DNA from: Pseudomonadales bacterium
GTDB taxonomy: Bacteria; Pseudomonadota; Gammaproteobacteria; Pseudomonadales; CAWVSB01
Direction of reading: 5' to 3'
NCBI GenBank assembly: GCA_046710535.1
Contig: JBKEHH010000015.1
Span: forward strand, 3,525-67,524
DNA: 64,000 bases
Under the pieces are notes generated by a model. It had not been told where the DNA came from, did no database searches, and was given only the letters and a program-made list of their open reading frames with translations. A program made the position numbers and the translations under genes. Numbering within the stretch: position 1 is the first letter of the stretch; every line of letters starts with the position of its first letter. This document shows positions 8,758 through 19,817 of this stretch, one piece after another.

Positions 8758-9323
8758 GATAGCTAGCCAAGGGCCCCTCAGTCACTGATTGATTGTTAAT
8801 GACTTTGGGTCGTCAACCTTTATTAATTTTTTGGAGATTAAATATGATTAGAACGTAACTCACGAATATCCTATTTTGGGTTTCGTTAACGGCCACTTTA
8901 ACTGTTACTGCCTTTTTTAAGGTGACGGATACAGATTTTGAAGAAGATTTTGCGGGAGCGACGACCTACCCAACAAAGTCGTTACCATCGCCAACAGCTA
9001 TGCGAGACACCGATAATCTTGCAATGAAGATGGTAATCTCATGCTTGGAGTTAGCTGATCGCCCATGGTCGTTGAGGACTTAATTGCGTTTTTAGCGTGA
9101 TTCACTATATGAGAAACCGAGCCGATAGTGCAGATTCTCCAATGGAGGCGACCGCTCTGAGGGCATCACATTTTCCGCCAATATCCCAGAGCATTGGCAC
9201 GATCACAATTATCGTTGTAACTAGTTAGAAATCTGTTTCGAGGCATCTATACCCCGAGTCACAAGGAGCGAAGTCAATGTCGGGTTGTGTTAAAAATAAC
9301 ACACCGGTAGAGGGTTTATCTGC

Positions 9324-9686
9324 CTATGATTCTTGAGCCTTGCACTCATAATAAGCTTTTACTGTATTACCTTGAATTAGACCTCTTGTCGTCGTTTTAT
9401 AGATAGCAACTTTTCCTGCTGACTCGCACTGAGCAATTGCCATGTCTCTTACATTCGAGGGTGTTCCATACCCAAACGACATTTCTATGTAGCGAATGTT
9501 AAAACTTTCCGGTGTAACATCTTCAAGATTAGGAGCCATCAAAATGGTTTTCCCGGATACAACCTGCTCTGACGCAAGTCCCCCTTCACCTAATGATGCT
9601 AACTTTGTTCCCACATCAGTCGACGAACAACCGATTGTTGTAACAAAAATGGCTGCTAATAAAACTATATTCTTTTTCAATTTCAT
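9324..9686 (-). CDS. Hypothetical lipoprotein
   Basis: MKLKKNIVLLAAIFVTTIGCSS is a signal peptide with a lipobox Cys. No other recognisable domain. Confidence 0.6.
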   Translation of the reverse strand: MKLKKNIVLLAAIFVTTIGCSSTDVGTKLASLGEGGLASEQVVSGKTILMAPNLEDVTPESFNIRYIEMSFGYGTPSNVRDMAIAQCESAGKVAIYKTTTRGLIQGNTVKAYYECKAQES

Positions 9687-10201
9687 CGTAGTTTCTCGAT
9701 ATCGAATAATTAGGATCTTGATATTCAGTTTACAGGTTTTATTGTCGCAGATGAATTCTTTTTTGACGTGAATTAGTCGCTAAACTTTAGTTTCTTCTTA
9801 TCATTGATTTCCACTATCGCTAGGCCGCCTATTAAAATAATTAATGATGAGTTTTTTTGGCGTGTCCAGCTAATGCGCCAACTATATTCGACGGAATTAT
9901 GAAATAAGGCTTGATAATCGAATTGCAGTTCCAGTGTCGGTTAGTGCGATTTGACGAAAACAGTAATCTGAGGGTAGATTGATAAGACGACACTCTAAAC
10001 TAGCAGCTGCAGTGGCACGTCTTTACATGTGGAATGATAGTTTAGATACAACAAAGCCATAAAGTGATCATCGTGCGGCGATGTTACTATGGGATAATAA
10101 CCTCGATACTAGCGAGGCGAGTGAAATAACCGGTTTCGCTTATCACATGAGTAAGATTGTACTCAGGCGAAAAGAAAGGTGTTGCCGAGCTCTCTACCGC
10201 C

Positions 10202-10239
10202 AAAAAAAGAGTTACAGCGGGGTACAGTGATGTAACTCT
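10202..10239 (-). terminator. Rho-independent terminator
   Basis: On the minus strand, a 9 bp stem (agagttaca/tgtaactct) is followed by a T7 run, just downstream of the ORF ending at 10260. Confidence 0.6.
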
Positions 10240-10259
10240 CCTTACCAGCATGGTTCGCT

Positions 10260-10853
10260 TTATTTGTGCGGCACAACCAAAAACTTCTCACCAGTGGCTT
10301 GTTTAACATAAGGCTTAATGATTTCAGGCTGTAGCATCTCTTCAAACGAAATCTCCTGCGTATACTGGCTGACCAAAGTGGTTTTAATTTTTTTCGTTAC
10401 ACGCTCCCGCAGCTGGCCAAATCGCTCCATGCCGATTCTGCCAATCATTGGCGGTAACAACCAACCGATAATCACTAGATGTTAAAACATCTTTCATTGT
10501 CACAGGCACACCTAGCTCTTTACGTGACTCAATAGCTCTTCTTTGCCAGCTAAAATTTGCGGGCGAATGCATAAAGTAATGATGTGCGCCGTGCCCAGTC
10601 TTCTCTATTAACTGATGTAAACCCTTAGTCAAACTTCGATATGATTTTATTTTTTTCCATAATTTAAAACAGGAGTTGAGTCATGAAGGATATGGTATAT
10701 CCATAACTGGCCTGGGTGACTGCCTTCTATTAAGTGGACATTTCCTAAATCAACATAAATAATTGATTTATCTCCGTCTTCGACGATAGAAAAGTCAGGC
10801 AGATGTTCCTTTTCATATCGGCCATTTAAATAATTCGCCATGTCTTTACACAT
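10260..10853 (-). pseudogene. Hypothetical gene broken into three overlapping frames (probable frameshift pseudogene)
   Basis: ORFs 10647-10853, 10384-10632 and 10260-10475 are co-linear on the minus strand in three frames, and the last two overlap by about 90 nt. One terminator follows the set. I could not recognise a family. Confidence 0.4.
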
Positions 10854-11412
10854 ATATGGTTTTGTATTTTTTATAAGTTTTTTGTCATATGATTAAAGGG
10901 CGACTCATTTATTTAATGCAAACCCACCCAAGCAAGAATCAGGAAAAGAACAAGGTTTTACAACAAGTAGGGTCAGAGTCAACTTTTGTTATTGAAGCGC
11001 TAGCCATATTGATTTGGCGTCATCTAATCCCTTGTGTTCAGTAAATTGATTCGAATTCAATAGTGTATTTCTTTTTGTAGGAATAAGTGTTGTCAGAGTA
11101 AATTTTTCACTTGATCTTTATCAAGCCTCAATCACTTGGGGCTTTTTTTGTGACCATCATTTTTGTGTTCAAAGACCAGCAGGACCAGCAGCTCAAATCA
11201 GTACGGGTGATCAGCTTACGACAGCAGCGTGGACATTTTGGTGCAGTCCACCTAGCTCACAAAGAAATTTATAATTTGTTTAATCTGAGCAGAAATCTAA
11301 TCAAGTCAGATTATCATCGCGAGTTGAGAAAAGGCGCCTTTATGTCTTGGAATCGAGCAGTCGGCATATAGCCAATAGCTAGACTTGATTAGGAGGAATA
11401 AAGGAAGTTAAC

Positions 11413-11931
11413 TTGTCAGTATTGCTTGGCGCTATATATAACGCATATAATATAAGTATAAAGAGTATGGATAAAATTAATTTTAGAAAAGCACTGTTAT
11501 CAGACCGGCCTGTGTTACTTGAATTCGAACAAAAAGTTCTAGCGGCAGAGCGGCCATATAATTCGACAATAAAATCGGTTGATGCATTTTATTATGATTT
11601 AGATGAGTTACTTAACGGCAGCAAGTCCTATCTGCTCGTAGCAGAAGTTGACGCTAAACTTGTTGGCTCTGGTTATGCTCAAATAAGATCATCTAAACAA
11701 TCTCTGATCCACGACTTTCATTCGTATCTCGGTTTTATGTATGTGGCGGCTGAATACCGTGGTCGTGGAATTAATAAAAGTATTATTGAGCGGCTGGTCG
11801 AGTGGAGTGAAGGTCAAGGAATATTTGATTGCTACCTAGATGTTTATAGTGAAAATGAAGCTGCTATACAGGCATATAAAAAAGCGGGGTTTGTAAGCTC
11901 AATGATTGAAATGAAGTTGAATTTAAAGTAA
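11413..11931 (+). CDS. GNAT family N-acetyltransferase
   Basis: Acetyl-CoA binding motif region YVAAEYRGRGINKSIIERLVEW...AAIQAYKKAGF. The more likely start is the ATG at 11467 (MDKINFRKALL). Confidence 0.8.
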   Translation: MSVLLGAIYNAYNISIKSMDKINFRKALLSDRPVLLEFEQKVLAAERPYNSTIKSVDAFYYDLDELLNGSKSYLLVAEVDAKLVGSGYAQIRSSKQSLIHDFHSYLGFMYVAAEYRGRGINKSIIERLVEWSEGQGIFDCYLDVYSENEAAIQAYKKAGFVSSMIEMKLNLK

Positions 11932-12134
11932 ATATTGAATGCTCTGGGTAAGTGGAGTCAGCGTAAAAACTCTTTCAGCGCTAACTTACTCGATCAATTT
12001 ATAACTACCATAGTTATAACGAAGTAAAAAAGTGACTGGCCTTGCACTTAAGCGCTTGCCCAAGATGTTGTGTACACTAGTGTTTGCGTGACACTATATT
12101 AAAGTCCGTGCCTTAATCCTATGGAGATTCCCCA

Positions 12135-13484
12135 ATGTTAAACTCCGAAAAACCACGCCTGCCGCGTGCGCTGATCGTCGCCGTTCACTTAGACAACATT
12201 AACAATGTTGAATTTGAGTCGTCGTTGGCCGAATTGGCTGATTTGGCAAAAACTTTAGGGCTAGAGGTGGTTGGTCAGGTCACCCAAAAGCGTTCGTCGT
12301 TCGACTCGACGGCGTATGTAGGTGTCGGCAAGCGAGAGGAAATACGGTTATTGTTACAAGACCAGCAAGGCGTCACAGACACGTTGTCGGAAGCAGAGTC
12401 GCAGGAGGCTAGTGACTCGGTGGAGTTTATTCTAGTCGACCATGAAATCTCGCCGTCTCAGGCACTCAATTTGGAAAATGAAGTCGGTTGTGAGGTGATG
12501 GATCGAACGGGTGTCATCCTAGAGATTTTTCATCGCAATGCCAGTTCACACGCAGCAAGGGTACAAGTTGAAATAGCGCGCCTTACGTATATGGCGCCGC
12601 GCCTGCGTGAGGCGGCCAAACGCGCTGGCCCAATAGGGCGGCAGCGCAACAGCACCGGCGGGCGCGGTACCGGACAGTCGCGGACTGAGATGGACGCTCG
12701 TAAAGTTCGCGAACGTATTAGCGAACTGCAAAAAGAAATTGATGCCATGGAGGCGGGTCGCGATATTCAGCGATCACAACGTCGCGAACAGTCGGGGCTA
12801 GCTCAGGTAGCTCTGGTGGGTTATACCAATGCGGGCAAATCTACTTTGATGCGCGCCTTGACCGGCAAGGAAGTACTAGTAGCAAATAAACTGTTTGCCA
12901 CTCTAGACACTAAAGTACGCACCTTGCAGCCAGAAACTGTGCCCAAGGTTTTGGTAACTGACACGGTTGGTTTTATCAAAAATCTACCCCATGGTTTGGT
13001 TGCCTCGTTTAAGTCTACCTTAGACGAAGCACTTGGCTCGGCATTATTGCTGCACGTTATTGACGCTGGCGACCCCGGGTTTGAGGCGCAGCTTGAAGTA
13101 ACCGATAAAGTATTGGCCGAGATTGGGGCTGACAACGTGCCACGTATTCGAGTGTTCAACAAAATAGACTATTTAGATGATGCTGCCTCGCGCGAACAGC
13201 GCACCGCTGAGCTGCAAGCCAAATATCCCGGCTGCGTTGTTGTTAGCGCGCTAAATAAGGAAGATATAACAGCATTGCATCAAGCAATTGTGGAGGTTTT
13301 TCAAAAGGACCTGATTGAGTCTGAGATCTTTCTACCATGGTCGGCTCAGGAGTTGCGCGGTGAGATATTTGCTTCCTGCGAAGTGCTCGAAGAGCGAGCT
13401 GACGAGGTGGGGGCTTTTTTTCGTTTCCGCGCCCTACCTGACGTGGTTGCTAGGCTGGCTAAACTTGCCGACTTAAAAAACTAA
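12135..13484 (+). CDS. hflX: GTPase HflX
   Basis: HflX N-terminal domain, then G1 VALVGYTNAGKSTL, DTVGFIKNLPHGLVASFKSTLDE and NKID. Confidence 0.9.
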   Translation: MLNSEKPRLPRALIVAVHLDNINNVEFESSLAELADLAKTLGLEVVGQVTQKRSSFDSTAYVGVGKREEIRLLLQDQQGVTDTLSEAESQEASDSVEFILVDHEISPSQALNLENEVGCEVMDRTGVILEIFHRNASSHAARVQVEIARLTYMAPRLREAAKRAGPIGRQRNSTGGRGTGQSRTEMDARKVRERISELQKEIDAMEAGRDIQRSQRREQSGLAQVALVGYTNAGKSTLMRALTGKEVLVANKLFATLDTKVRTLQPETVPKVLVTDTVGFIKNLPHGLVASFKSTLDEALGSALLLHVIDAGDPGFEAQLEVTDKVLAEIGADNVPRIRVFNKIDYLDDAASREQRTAELQAKYPGCVVVSALNKEDITALHQAIVEVFQKDLIESEIFLPWSAQELRGEIFASCEVLEERADEVGAFFRFRALPDVVARLAKLADLKN

Positions 13485-13491
13485 CGAAATA

Positions 13492-13520
13492 CCGTTAGGC
13501 AGCTAACGGGTTTGAATATT
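13492..13520 (+). terminator. Weak candidate terminator after hflX
   Basis: Hairpin ccgttag-gcag-ctaacgg followed by gtttgaatattt. The stem is short and the U-tract is imperfect. Confidence 0.3.
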
Positions 13521-13974
13521 TATCCAGAGTGCCAATAAAAATATCAACGTGCCTTTTACTCTTCACGCCAAATATCTCACTATAAGCATGGGCATCACCT
13601 TCTCCTTTAATATTGTTCTGGGGATTTTGATGTATTGGTATTTGCTTACGCTATTCCTTTCACCCTAATAGGTATTTTCATATCGTAGAGTTTTCTAATA
13701 AACGGTGTTTGGGATATAGCCATCTTTAAATATCCCCACCGTTAATTACTCGCCATTAACTTCCTCTCAAGCACCTATGTATGCCCACAAATTGATCTTT
13801 AAACCGAACTATTACGTAAAAATGAGCTCATAAACGCTACATAATCCAATAATTATTAGCTTAAAACTTAAGCACTATTGCAATGCCATAAGAAGTTGAT
13901 AAGAAGTTAGTAAGTGCTTCGCGGCTATATGATAGTAAACTTGCCGCAGTTATATAAACAGGAAAGAGTAACGA

Positions 13975-15156
13975 ATGAAGTTAAGTCCGCTTAGACTGAA
14001 GCAAATTGCCGTATTAGCTATAGGCATGGCAGTTGTTATGTTTTTTAAATATGGCAAACCTGCACCGGAGGAGGTTGATATTGTTGCGATAAATGCTCCC
14101 GCTATAGATGTACTTCAAATAAGCCCCGGGCCAATTGTGATGACAGTGCATACCCAAGGCACCGTAAAGCCATGGCTGGAAATTGATGTGCTGTCACAGG
14201 TTTCTGGAGAAGTAAAAGAAGTTGCTGGTAGTTTTTCTGAAGGTGGTTTTTTTAGTAAAGGCGATAGTTTGGTACGAGTTGACGAGCTGAATTATCAAAC
14301 AGCCTTATTGCGTGCGCGGGCAAAGTTAGCTGACGCCGAGCAGCTATTAGCTGTGGAGAAAGGTCGGGCCTTACAAGCAAAGCGTGAATGGCGAAACTTG
14401 CAGGATGAAAATGCCAATGCGCTGTTTTTACGCAAACCCCAGTTGCAAAGCGCTGAGGCGCAGGTTGCCGCGGCTAAAGGCGATGTGGCTAGCGCTAATT
14501 TAGACCTTGAATACACAAATATCAATCTACCATTTGCCGGCCGCTTAAAATCCACCCACGTTAATTTGGGGCAGTTTGTTAGCAATGGTATGAAAGTGGC
14601 ATCGGTTTTTTCTACTGAAAAAGTTGAAGTGAGATTGCCGTTAAGTGATAACCAAGTTTCACTGCTAGATCTGCCGATTAACCATGGCAATAAATCATTA
14701 GTAGACGGCGTTCCAGTGTTATTGAATGGCGTATTTAGTGGTCAGACATGGCAGTGGGAAGGGGTAATAAAACGTACCAGTGCAGTAATTGATGATCGCA
14801 GTCGTTTCTTTTATGCCGTGGCTGAAGTGTATGAACCATTTAAGCAAGTGGATGCTAAGCCGCCGTTGAATATCGGTCAGTTTGTGCGCGCTGAAATTCG
14901 TGGTCGTATCGTTGACAACGCCATGATCCTTCCGCGCAGAGCATTACGCGCAGGCAATAGCATTTGGGTGGTGGATAAATTTAATAAGCTGCGTGCAACT
15001 AAGGTTAATGTCCTGCAGTCGTTAGATGATCAAGTTACCGTTCAGCTCAATAGTGAAAGTGATGTATTGAACATTGCCATATCATCAGTGGCTGGGTTAA
15101 ACGAAGGTTTTGAAGTTATTCCTTTAGCGCAAGGCAGCCTAGGCGAGGCGCTTTAA
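13975..15156 (+). CDS. Efflux RND transporter periplasmic adaptor subunit (MFP)
   Basis: 393 aa with an N-terminal membrane anchor and coiled-coil hairpin region (ALLRARAKLADAEQLLAVEKGRA...). It directly abuts the RND permease. Confidence 0.9.
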   Translation: MKLSPLRLKQIAVLAIGMAVVMFFKYGKPAPEEVDIVAINAPAIDVLQISPGPIVMTVHTQGTVKPWLEIDVLSQVSGEVKEVAGSFSEGGFFSKGDSLVRVDELNYQTALLRARAKLADAEQLLAVEKGRALQAKREWRNLQDENANALFLRKPQLQSAEAQVAAAKGDVASANLDLEYTNINLPFAGRLKSTHVNLGQFVSNGMKVASVFSTEKVEVRLPLSDNQVSLLDLPINHGNKSLVDGVPVLLNGVFSGQTWQWEGVIKRTSAVIDDRSRFFYAVAEVYEPFKQVDAKPPLNIGQFVRAEIRGRIVDNAMILPRRALRAGNSIWVVDKFNKLRATKVNVLQSLDDQVTVQLNSESDVLNIAISSVAGLNEGFEVIPLAQGSLGEAL

Positions 15157-18100
15157 GTGGGTAGAATTGTCGAATGGTTTATTCATAACTCGGTAGCTGC
15201 CAACTTGCTAATGGTGCTGATTATTATCGGTGGCGTTACTACTTTCCCAGCTTTAGATAAACAGTTTTTCCCCGAACGTAAGCTTAACCAGATAACTATT
15301 AATGTGGTTTACCCTGGCGCCGGACCTACCGAAGTTGAGCAGCAAATATGTATTCGGATTGAAGAAGCCCTAGGCGATGTGGATGGCATTGACGAGTTGC
15401 GTTCGGTCGCGAGTGAAGGTTTAGGTACGGTTACTATCGACGTCGACAGTAGTTTTGACTCACTGCGCGTACTCAATGATGTTAAGTCTAAAATCGACGG
15501 CATTACCACTTTTCCGGCAGAGGCAGAGCGGCCAACAATAAGCGAGCGCTTATGGAAAAGTCGAATGATAAGTATTGGCCTAGCGGGTGATATTGGTGAA
15601 GCAAACTTAAAAGAGTTAGGTGAGCAGATACGAGAAGAATTGGTAGAGCTGCCGAATGTTCAAGTGGTAGAGCTGCGCTCGCCGCGCGCTTATGAAATGT
15701 CGATTGAAGTTTCTGAGCTTGATTTACGCCGTTTTGGCATAACCTTCCAACAAGTTGCCAATGCAGTTAAAGGCAGTTCATTAAATTTACCGGCGGGTAA
15801 ATTACGTACCGAAAATGGCGACATCTCAATACAAACCCGTGCTCAGGCTTACGAAGCGTCCGAGTTTGAAAATATAGTGCTGCAAAGTGATTTTGACGGT
15901 AGCAGTTTAACGGTTGGTGATATTGCCACGGTTACCGATGGCTTTGAAGAAGTTGATGTAGTGTCTTTTTTTAATGGGAAGCCATCCTTAGCATTAGATG
16001 TTTATGTCACCACTAAACCCAATGTGTTGCGCACCAGTGCTGAAGTTTATAGTTATGTAGAAAGTGTGAAACCACGACTGCCGGCAGGGGTGGAGTTAGT
16101 GGTTTGGAATGATATGTCGATCGGCTTTAAAGATCGCTTAAGCACTCTAGCAAACAACGGTCTTAGCGGTCTGTTGTTGGTATTTATTGTCCTACTATTA
16201 TTCTTACGCCCGCTGTTAGCATTTTGGGTAAGCGTGGGTATTGGCGTTGCCTTTCTAGGGGCTATTTGGTTGTTACCAATGACTGATACCAGTTTGAATA
16301 TGGTATCGCTGTTTGCCTTTATCCTCATTTTAGGGATATTAGTGGATGACGCCATTATTGTGGCTGAGTCTATCTATACCTATCAAAATAAGGGCCATGG
16401 TGGCATTAAAGGCGCAATACTTGGCACTCAAGTGGTAATCAAACCAGTATGGTTTGCTGTGCTTACTACCATGGTGGTGTTTGGGCTGTTCTACTTTTTG
16501 CCAGAAGAGCAAACCGAGTCGGTACAAATAGCTAACGTTGTAATGGCTGCATTAATGTTTTCCCTGATCGAATCGATGCTGATTCTGCCGGTGCATTTAG
16601 CTCATATGAAGCCAGAGCAACCCGGTAAGTACGCCATCCTTAAACCGTTAGAAAAGCTGCGTGAAAAGCTTGCCTATTATATGGAAGCGCTTACCTACAA
16701 ATATTACAAACCAATACTCATCAAATGCATTAATAATGGCCGGTTTACATTAGCGGCATTCTTCTTGGTTTTTATGATTCCAGCTACTTATTTTTCTGCC
16801 GGTTGGTTGCCATTAAGTTTTTTTCCAACTGTGCCAGGAGATTATTTATCCGCCACGGTAGTGATGCAAGAGGGCACGCCATTTGCAGACTTAGAGGATG
16901 TAAGAGAGAAATTAGAAACGCAAGCTTATAAGTTACAGCAAGAAGTGAATATAGATGATGAGGCAATACTGATCACTAATATTCAGTCACAGGCATACGG
17001 CACTCAGGTACGGGTGACCGTGCAAACAGAAAATGTAGTGGAGCGTGGTATTCCGCTGGGCGAATTACAGCAGCGTTGGATTAAACTAGTTGGCCCCATT
17101 CCGTTAGCGAAAGATTTTGACGTTCGCTACACCATTGGCAATTGGGGTAAAGACATCGAGCTGCAAGTAGCCGCCGACGAAGTTGACAGTCTTAACAAAC
17201 TTACCGCTGAGCTAAGGCAAGAGCTAGCCGGCTTTGCCGGTGTTTATAATATGCGTGACAGCTTAGATACGCCGCGACCAGAAATTGAATTACGCCTTAA
17301 GCCATTGGCTGAAGTGCTAAATATAACCTCCGCCGATTTAGCCCGGCAGGTAAGGCGTGCCTTTTATGGCGAAGAAGTGCAGCGCATTCCGCGGTTGCGT
17401 GAAGACGTAAAAGTGATGGTGCGTTACCCCGAAAGCGAGCGTAGCGGAATAGAGCAGATGATGAATATGCGAGTGCGTGCGCCTGACGGCATAGAAATTC
17501 CATTTGAGTCTGTGGCCGAAGTTACTTTTGTCGACAGCTATACCAGAATTGACCGCACTGACCGCCAGCGCGTTGCCAAAGTGTCTGCTGATACCCAAGC
17601 AGGCTTTTCGGCTGGAGAAATTATTCGCTCAGTACTAACCAAGAATAAGGCAGAGTGGAGCCGTAAGTATCCCGATGCGTCAGTAAAAATGTATGGCGAG
17701 CAAGAGCAAAGCCAAGAATTTCGCCAAGCTATGACGCGCTTATTAGGCATCGGTATGGTTATTATCTTCGCCCTAATGGCGATTGTATTTAAGTCTTACT
17801 GGCAGCCGATACTTATTGTGTCGGCTATTCCTTACGGCATGGTCGGGGCAATATTTGGCCATGTGTTTTTAGGTATAAACCTCAGTATGTTCTCCTTGCT
17901 TGGCATTGTTGCTTGCGCCGGTGTGGTGGTGAACGACAACCTAGTATTGATAGATCGTGTGAATCAACTGCGTGATCAGGGTTTCGAGTTGCGAGAAGCA
18001 TTGATCAATGGTGCAACTGATCGCTTTAGAGCGATAGTGTTAACTTCTGTCACCACCTTTGTTGGCCTTGTTCCAATAATGATGGAAACTAGTATACAAG

Positions 18101-18276
18101 CTCAGTTTCTAATTCCGATGGTGGCATCACTCGCCTTTGGCGTGCTGTTTGCAAGTTTTGTAACCCTGATGATGGTGCCAGCGTTGTACTTGGTTGGCGA
18201 GCGCTACAAACTCAAGCTAGAAAGTATTATTGATAGAGGTAAGCGCGAGATTATTGGCCTGTTAGGCGTTAAGTAA
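15157..18276 (+). CDS. Efflux RND transporter permease subunit (AcrB/AcrD/AcrF family)
   Basis: 1039 aa with a GTG start. The N-terminus IVEWFIHNSVAANLLMVLIIIGG and a 12-TM, two-large-loop architecture are typical. No outer-membrane factor gene is adjacent. Confidence 0.9.
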   Translation: MGRIVEWFIHNSVAANLLMVLIIIGGVTTFPALDKQFFPERKLNQITINVVYPGAGPTEVEQQICIRIEEALGDVDGIDELRSVASEGLGTVTIDVDSSFDSLRVLNDVKSKIDGITTFPAEAERPTISERLWKSRMISIGLAGDIGEANLKELGEQIREELVELPNVQVVELRSPRAYEMSIEVSELDLRRFGITFQQVANAVKGSSLNLPAGKLRTENGDISIQTRAQAYEASEFENIVLQSDFDGSSLTVGDIATVTDGFEEVDVVSFFNGKPSLALDVYVTTKPNVLRTSAEVYSYVESVKPRLPAGVELVVWNDMSIGFKDRLSTLANNGLSGLLLVFIVLLLFLRPLLAFWVSVGIGVAFLGAIWLLPMTDTSLNMVSLFAFILILGILVDDAIIVAESIYTYQNKGHGGIKGAILGTQVVIKPVWFAVLTTMVVFGLFYFLPEEQTESVQIANVVMAALMFSLIESMLILPVHLAHMKPEQPGKYAILKPLEKLREKLAYYMEALTYKYYKPILIKCINNGRFTLAAFFLVFMIPATYFSAGWLPLSFFPTVPGDYLSATVVMQEGTPFADLEDVREKLETQAYKLQQEVNIDDEAILITNIQSQAYGTQVRVTVQTENVVERGIPLGELQQRWIKLVGPIPLAKDFDVRYTIGNWGKDIELQVAADEVDSLNKLTAELRQELAGFAGVYNMRDSLDTPRPEIELRLKPLAEVLNITSADLARQVRRAFYGEEVQRIPRLREDVKVMVRYPESERSGIEQMMNMRVRAPDGIEIPFESVAEVTFVDSYTRIDRTDRQRVAKVSADTQAGFSAGEIIRSVLTKNKAEWSRKYPDASVKMYGEQEQSQEFRQAMTRLLGIGMVIIFALMAIVFKSYWQPILIVSAIPYGMVGAIFGHVFLGINLSMFSLLGIVACAGVVVNDNLVLIDRVNQLRDQGFELREALINGATDRFRAIVLTSVTTFVGLVPIMMETSIQAQFLIPMVASLAFGVLFASFVTLMMVPALYLVGERYKLKLESIIDRGKREIIGLLGVK

Positions 18277-18512
18277 ATATTTAATTTATTTCAATGTTTA
18301 CTCTCGCGGCACCGCTTTGACATTACGTCAGAACGATTCCTTTATTATACAGAGCGGTTGGGATAACTGGCTTGGTTTTAGTAATCAACAATATATTTTA
18401 TCAAAGTTTGGATGTGCGCTTTTGGCTAATAGTTCTCAATATTTCACGGTAGCTAGGTGGGCTTTATAAAAATTTAAGCTATAGTTTAGGCTGTTAGCTA
18501 AGCGGTGATTTT

Positions 18513-19565
18513 ATGAATAGGGTGTTTGTTAGCGTTGTTACTTTGCTGTTTCTGTCTGCTTGCGGCGGAGGCGGAGGCGGAGGTGGAGGCAGCGAGGCGC
18601 CGGTCAGCCAGGTAGAAGTTGCGGTGGTTCCTGAATTAGATTTTGTGCTGATGGGCGCGCCTATCGATCTGCAGAACATTCAGGCGGATTTTGCATCGGA
18701 CATATCTTACGACGATGACACAGCCAACAAGTTTGATATTTTTATGCCTGAAAGCACTGCGCCAACGCCATTGGTAATTTTTATCCATGGCGGCGGTTTT
18801 ACTGGCGGTGATAAACAGAGTAAATATAGCACTGGCCCTGATGAAATTCGCCAAGTGCTGTCAGCTGGTGCGGCTTATGCGTCAATTAATTATCGCTTGT
18901 TATCCACAAGTATTGATGCCGAAGGAGTGATTAAACCTTTAGGTGATAGTCGTCGTGCGCTGCAATTCATTCGTTATTACGCTCAGTCGCTTAATGTAGA
19001 TCCCACTAAGATAGTGGCATATGGCGGTAGCGCTGGCGCAGGTACGGCCATCTGGTTAGCCACCTCTGACGAGTTTGCCGATAGCAATGCATCAGACCCC
19101 GTGTTGGCTCAGTCATCAAGAATTTCGGCAGCAGGGGCAACCGAAACCCAAAGTACTTATGATTTACTGAAATGGGAAACAGTGGTTTACACCGATTTTG
19201 GTATAACGCTAGATGACATAGTATCTTTGTCAGCCGACTTGGCTCAACGGTTGCTTAATTTTTATGGAATCACTTCGGCGGACGATCTCGTTACGCCCGC
19301 AATTGTTAGTTATCGCGCTGATGTCGATATGTTAGGTTTAATGGATGCAAGTGATGCGCCCCTTTGGATAAACAATAGTAATCGATCAGCGCTTGCCCCT
19401 ACAGATGTGGGCGAATTATTGCATCATCCCTTGCATGCCAAAGCGTTGTTAGATCAAGCGCAAGCTGTCGGTCTTGAAACTATTGTTAATATCCCTCAGC
19501 TAGGAATTGCCTCGTCATCGACAGAAGGTATTATTGAGTTTCTATTACGACATCTGGGTTTGTAG
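18513..19565 (+). CDS. Alpha/beta hydrolase (carboxylesterase-type) lipoprotein
   Basis: Lipobox LLFLSAC followed by G9. HGGG oxyanion motif (IFIHGGGF) and GGSAGAG nucleophile elbow. Confidence 0.8.
   Translation: MNRVFVSVVTLLFLSACGGGGGGGGGSEAPVSQVEVAVVPELDFVLMGAPIDLQNIQADFASDISYDDDTANKFDIFMPESTAPTPLVIFIHGGGFTGGDKQSKYSTGPDEIRQVLSAGAAYASINYRLLSTSIDAEGVIKPLGDSRRALQFIRYYAQSLNVDPTKIVAYGGSAGAGTAIWLATSDEFADSNASDPVLAQSSRISAAGATETQSTYDLLKWETVVYTDFGITLDDIVSLSADLAQRLLNFYGITSADDLVTPAIVSYRADVDMLGLMDASDAPLWINNSNRSALAPTDVGELLHHPLHAKALLDQAQAVGLETIVNIPQLGIASSSTEGIIEFLLRHLGL
18564..18590 (+). repeat. Simple-sequence (GGC/GGA)n tract encoding a nine-glycine linker
   Basis: ggcggaggcggaggcggaggtggaggc lies immediately after the lipobox cysteine codon. 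Confidence 0.9.
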
Positions 19566-19817
19566 TTTTGCATTTTTTGTCCTTGGCGCCCTAGTGAGAA
19601 ACTTTGTGGCCCGCTGAATAGTGTCAGAGTTTGCCTTTATGACAAGGGTAAACTTGCGCGGTACTGCTCGTTTTACCTCTCATTCAATTACTAAACTCCA
19701 CTACTATATTGTTATAGTTGTGGCAGAATAAAACTAGTAGGTGTCGTTTCTCGTTAAAGCCTACTACCTCGAATAGTTAACGTCTGTGCGCCTGCAGTCA
19801 GTTCCAATATTTAAGCT

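Noticed and set aside
11111-11931. 86 aa ORF plus GNAT as a GNAT-toxin / RHH-antitoxin pair
   Set aside because: The upstream ORF has a TTG start and a hydrophobic, low-complexity sequence, with no RHH or DUF1778 pattern. The GNAT looks like an ordinary acetyltransferase. Spacing and signals do not support a coupled pair.
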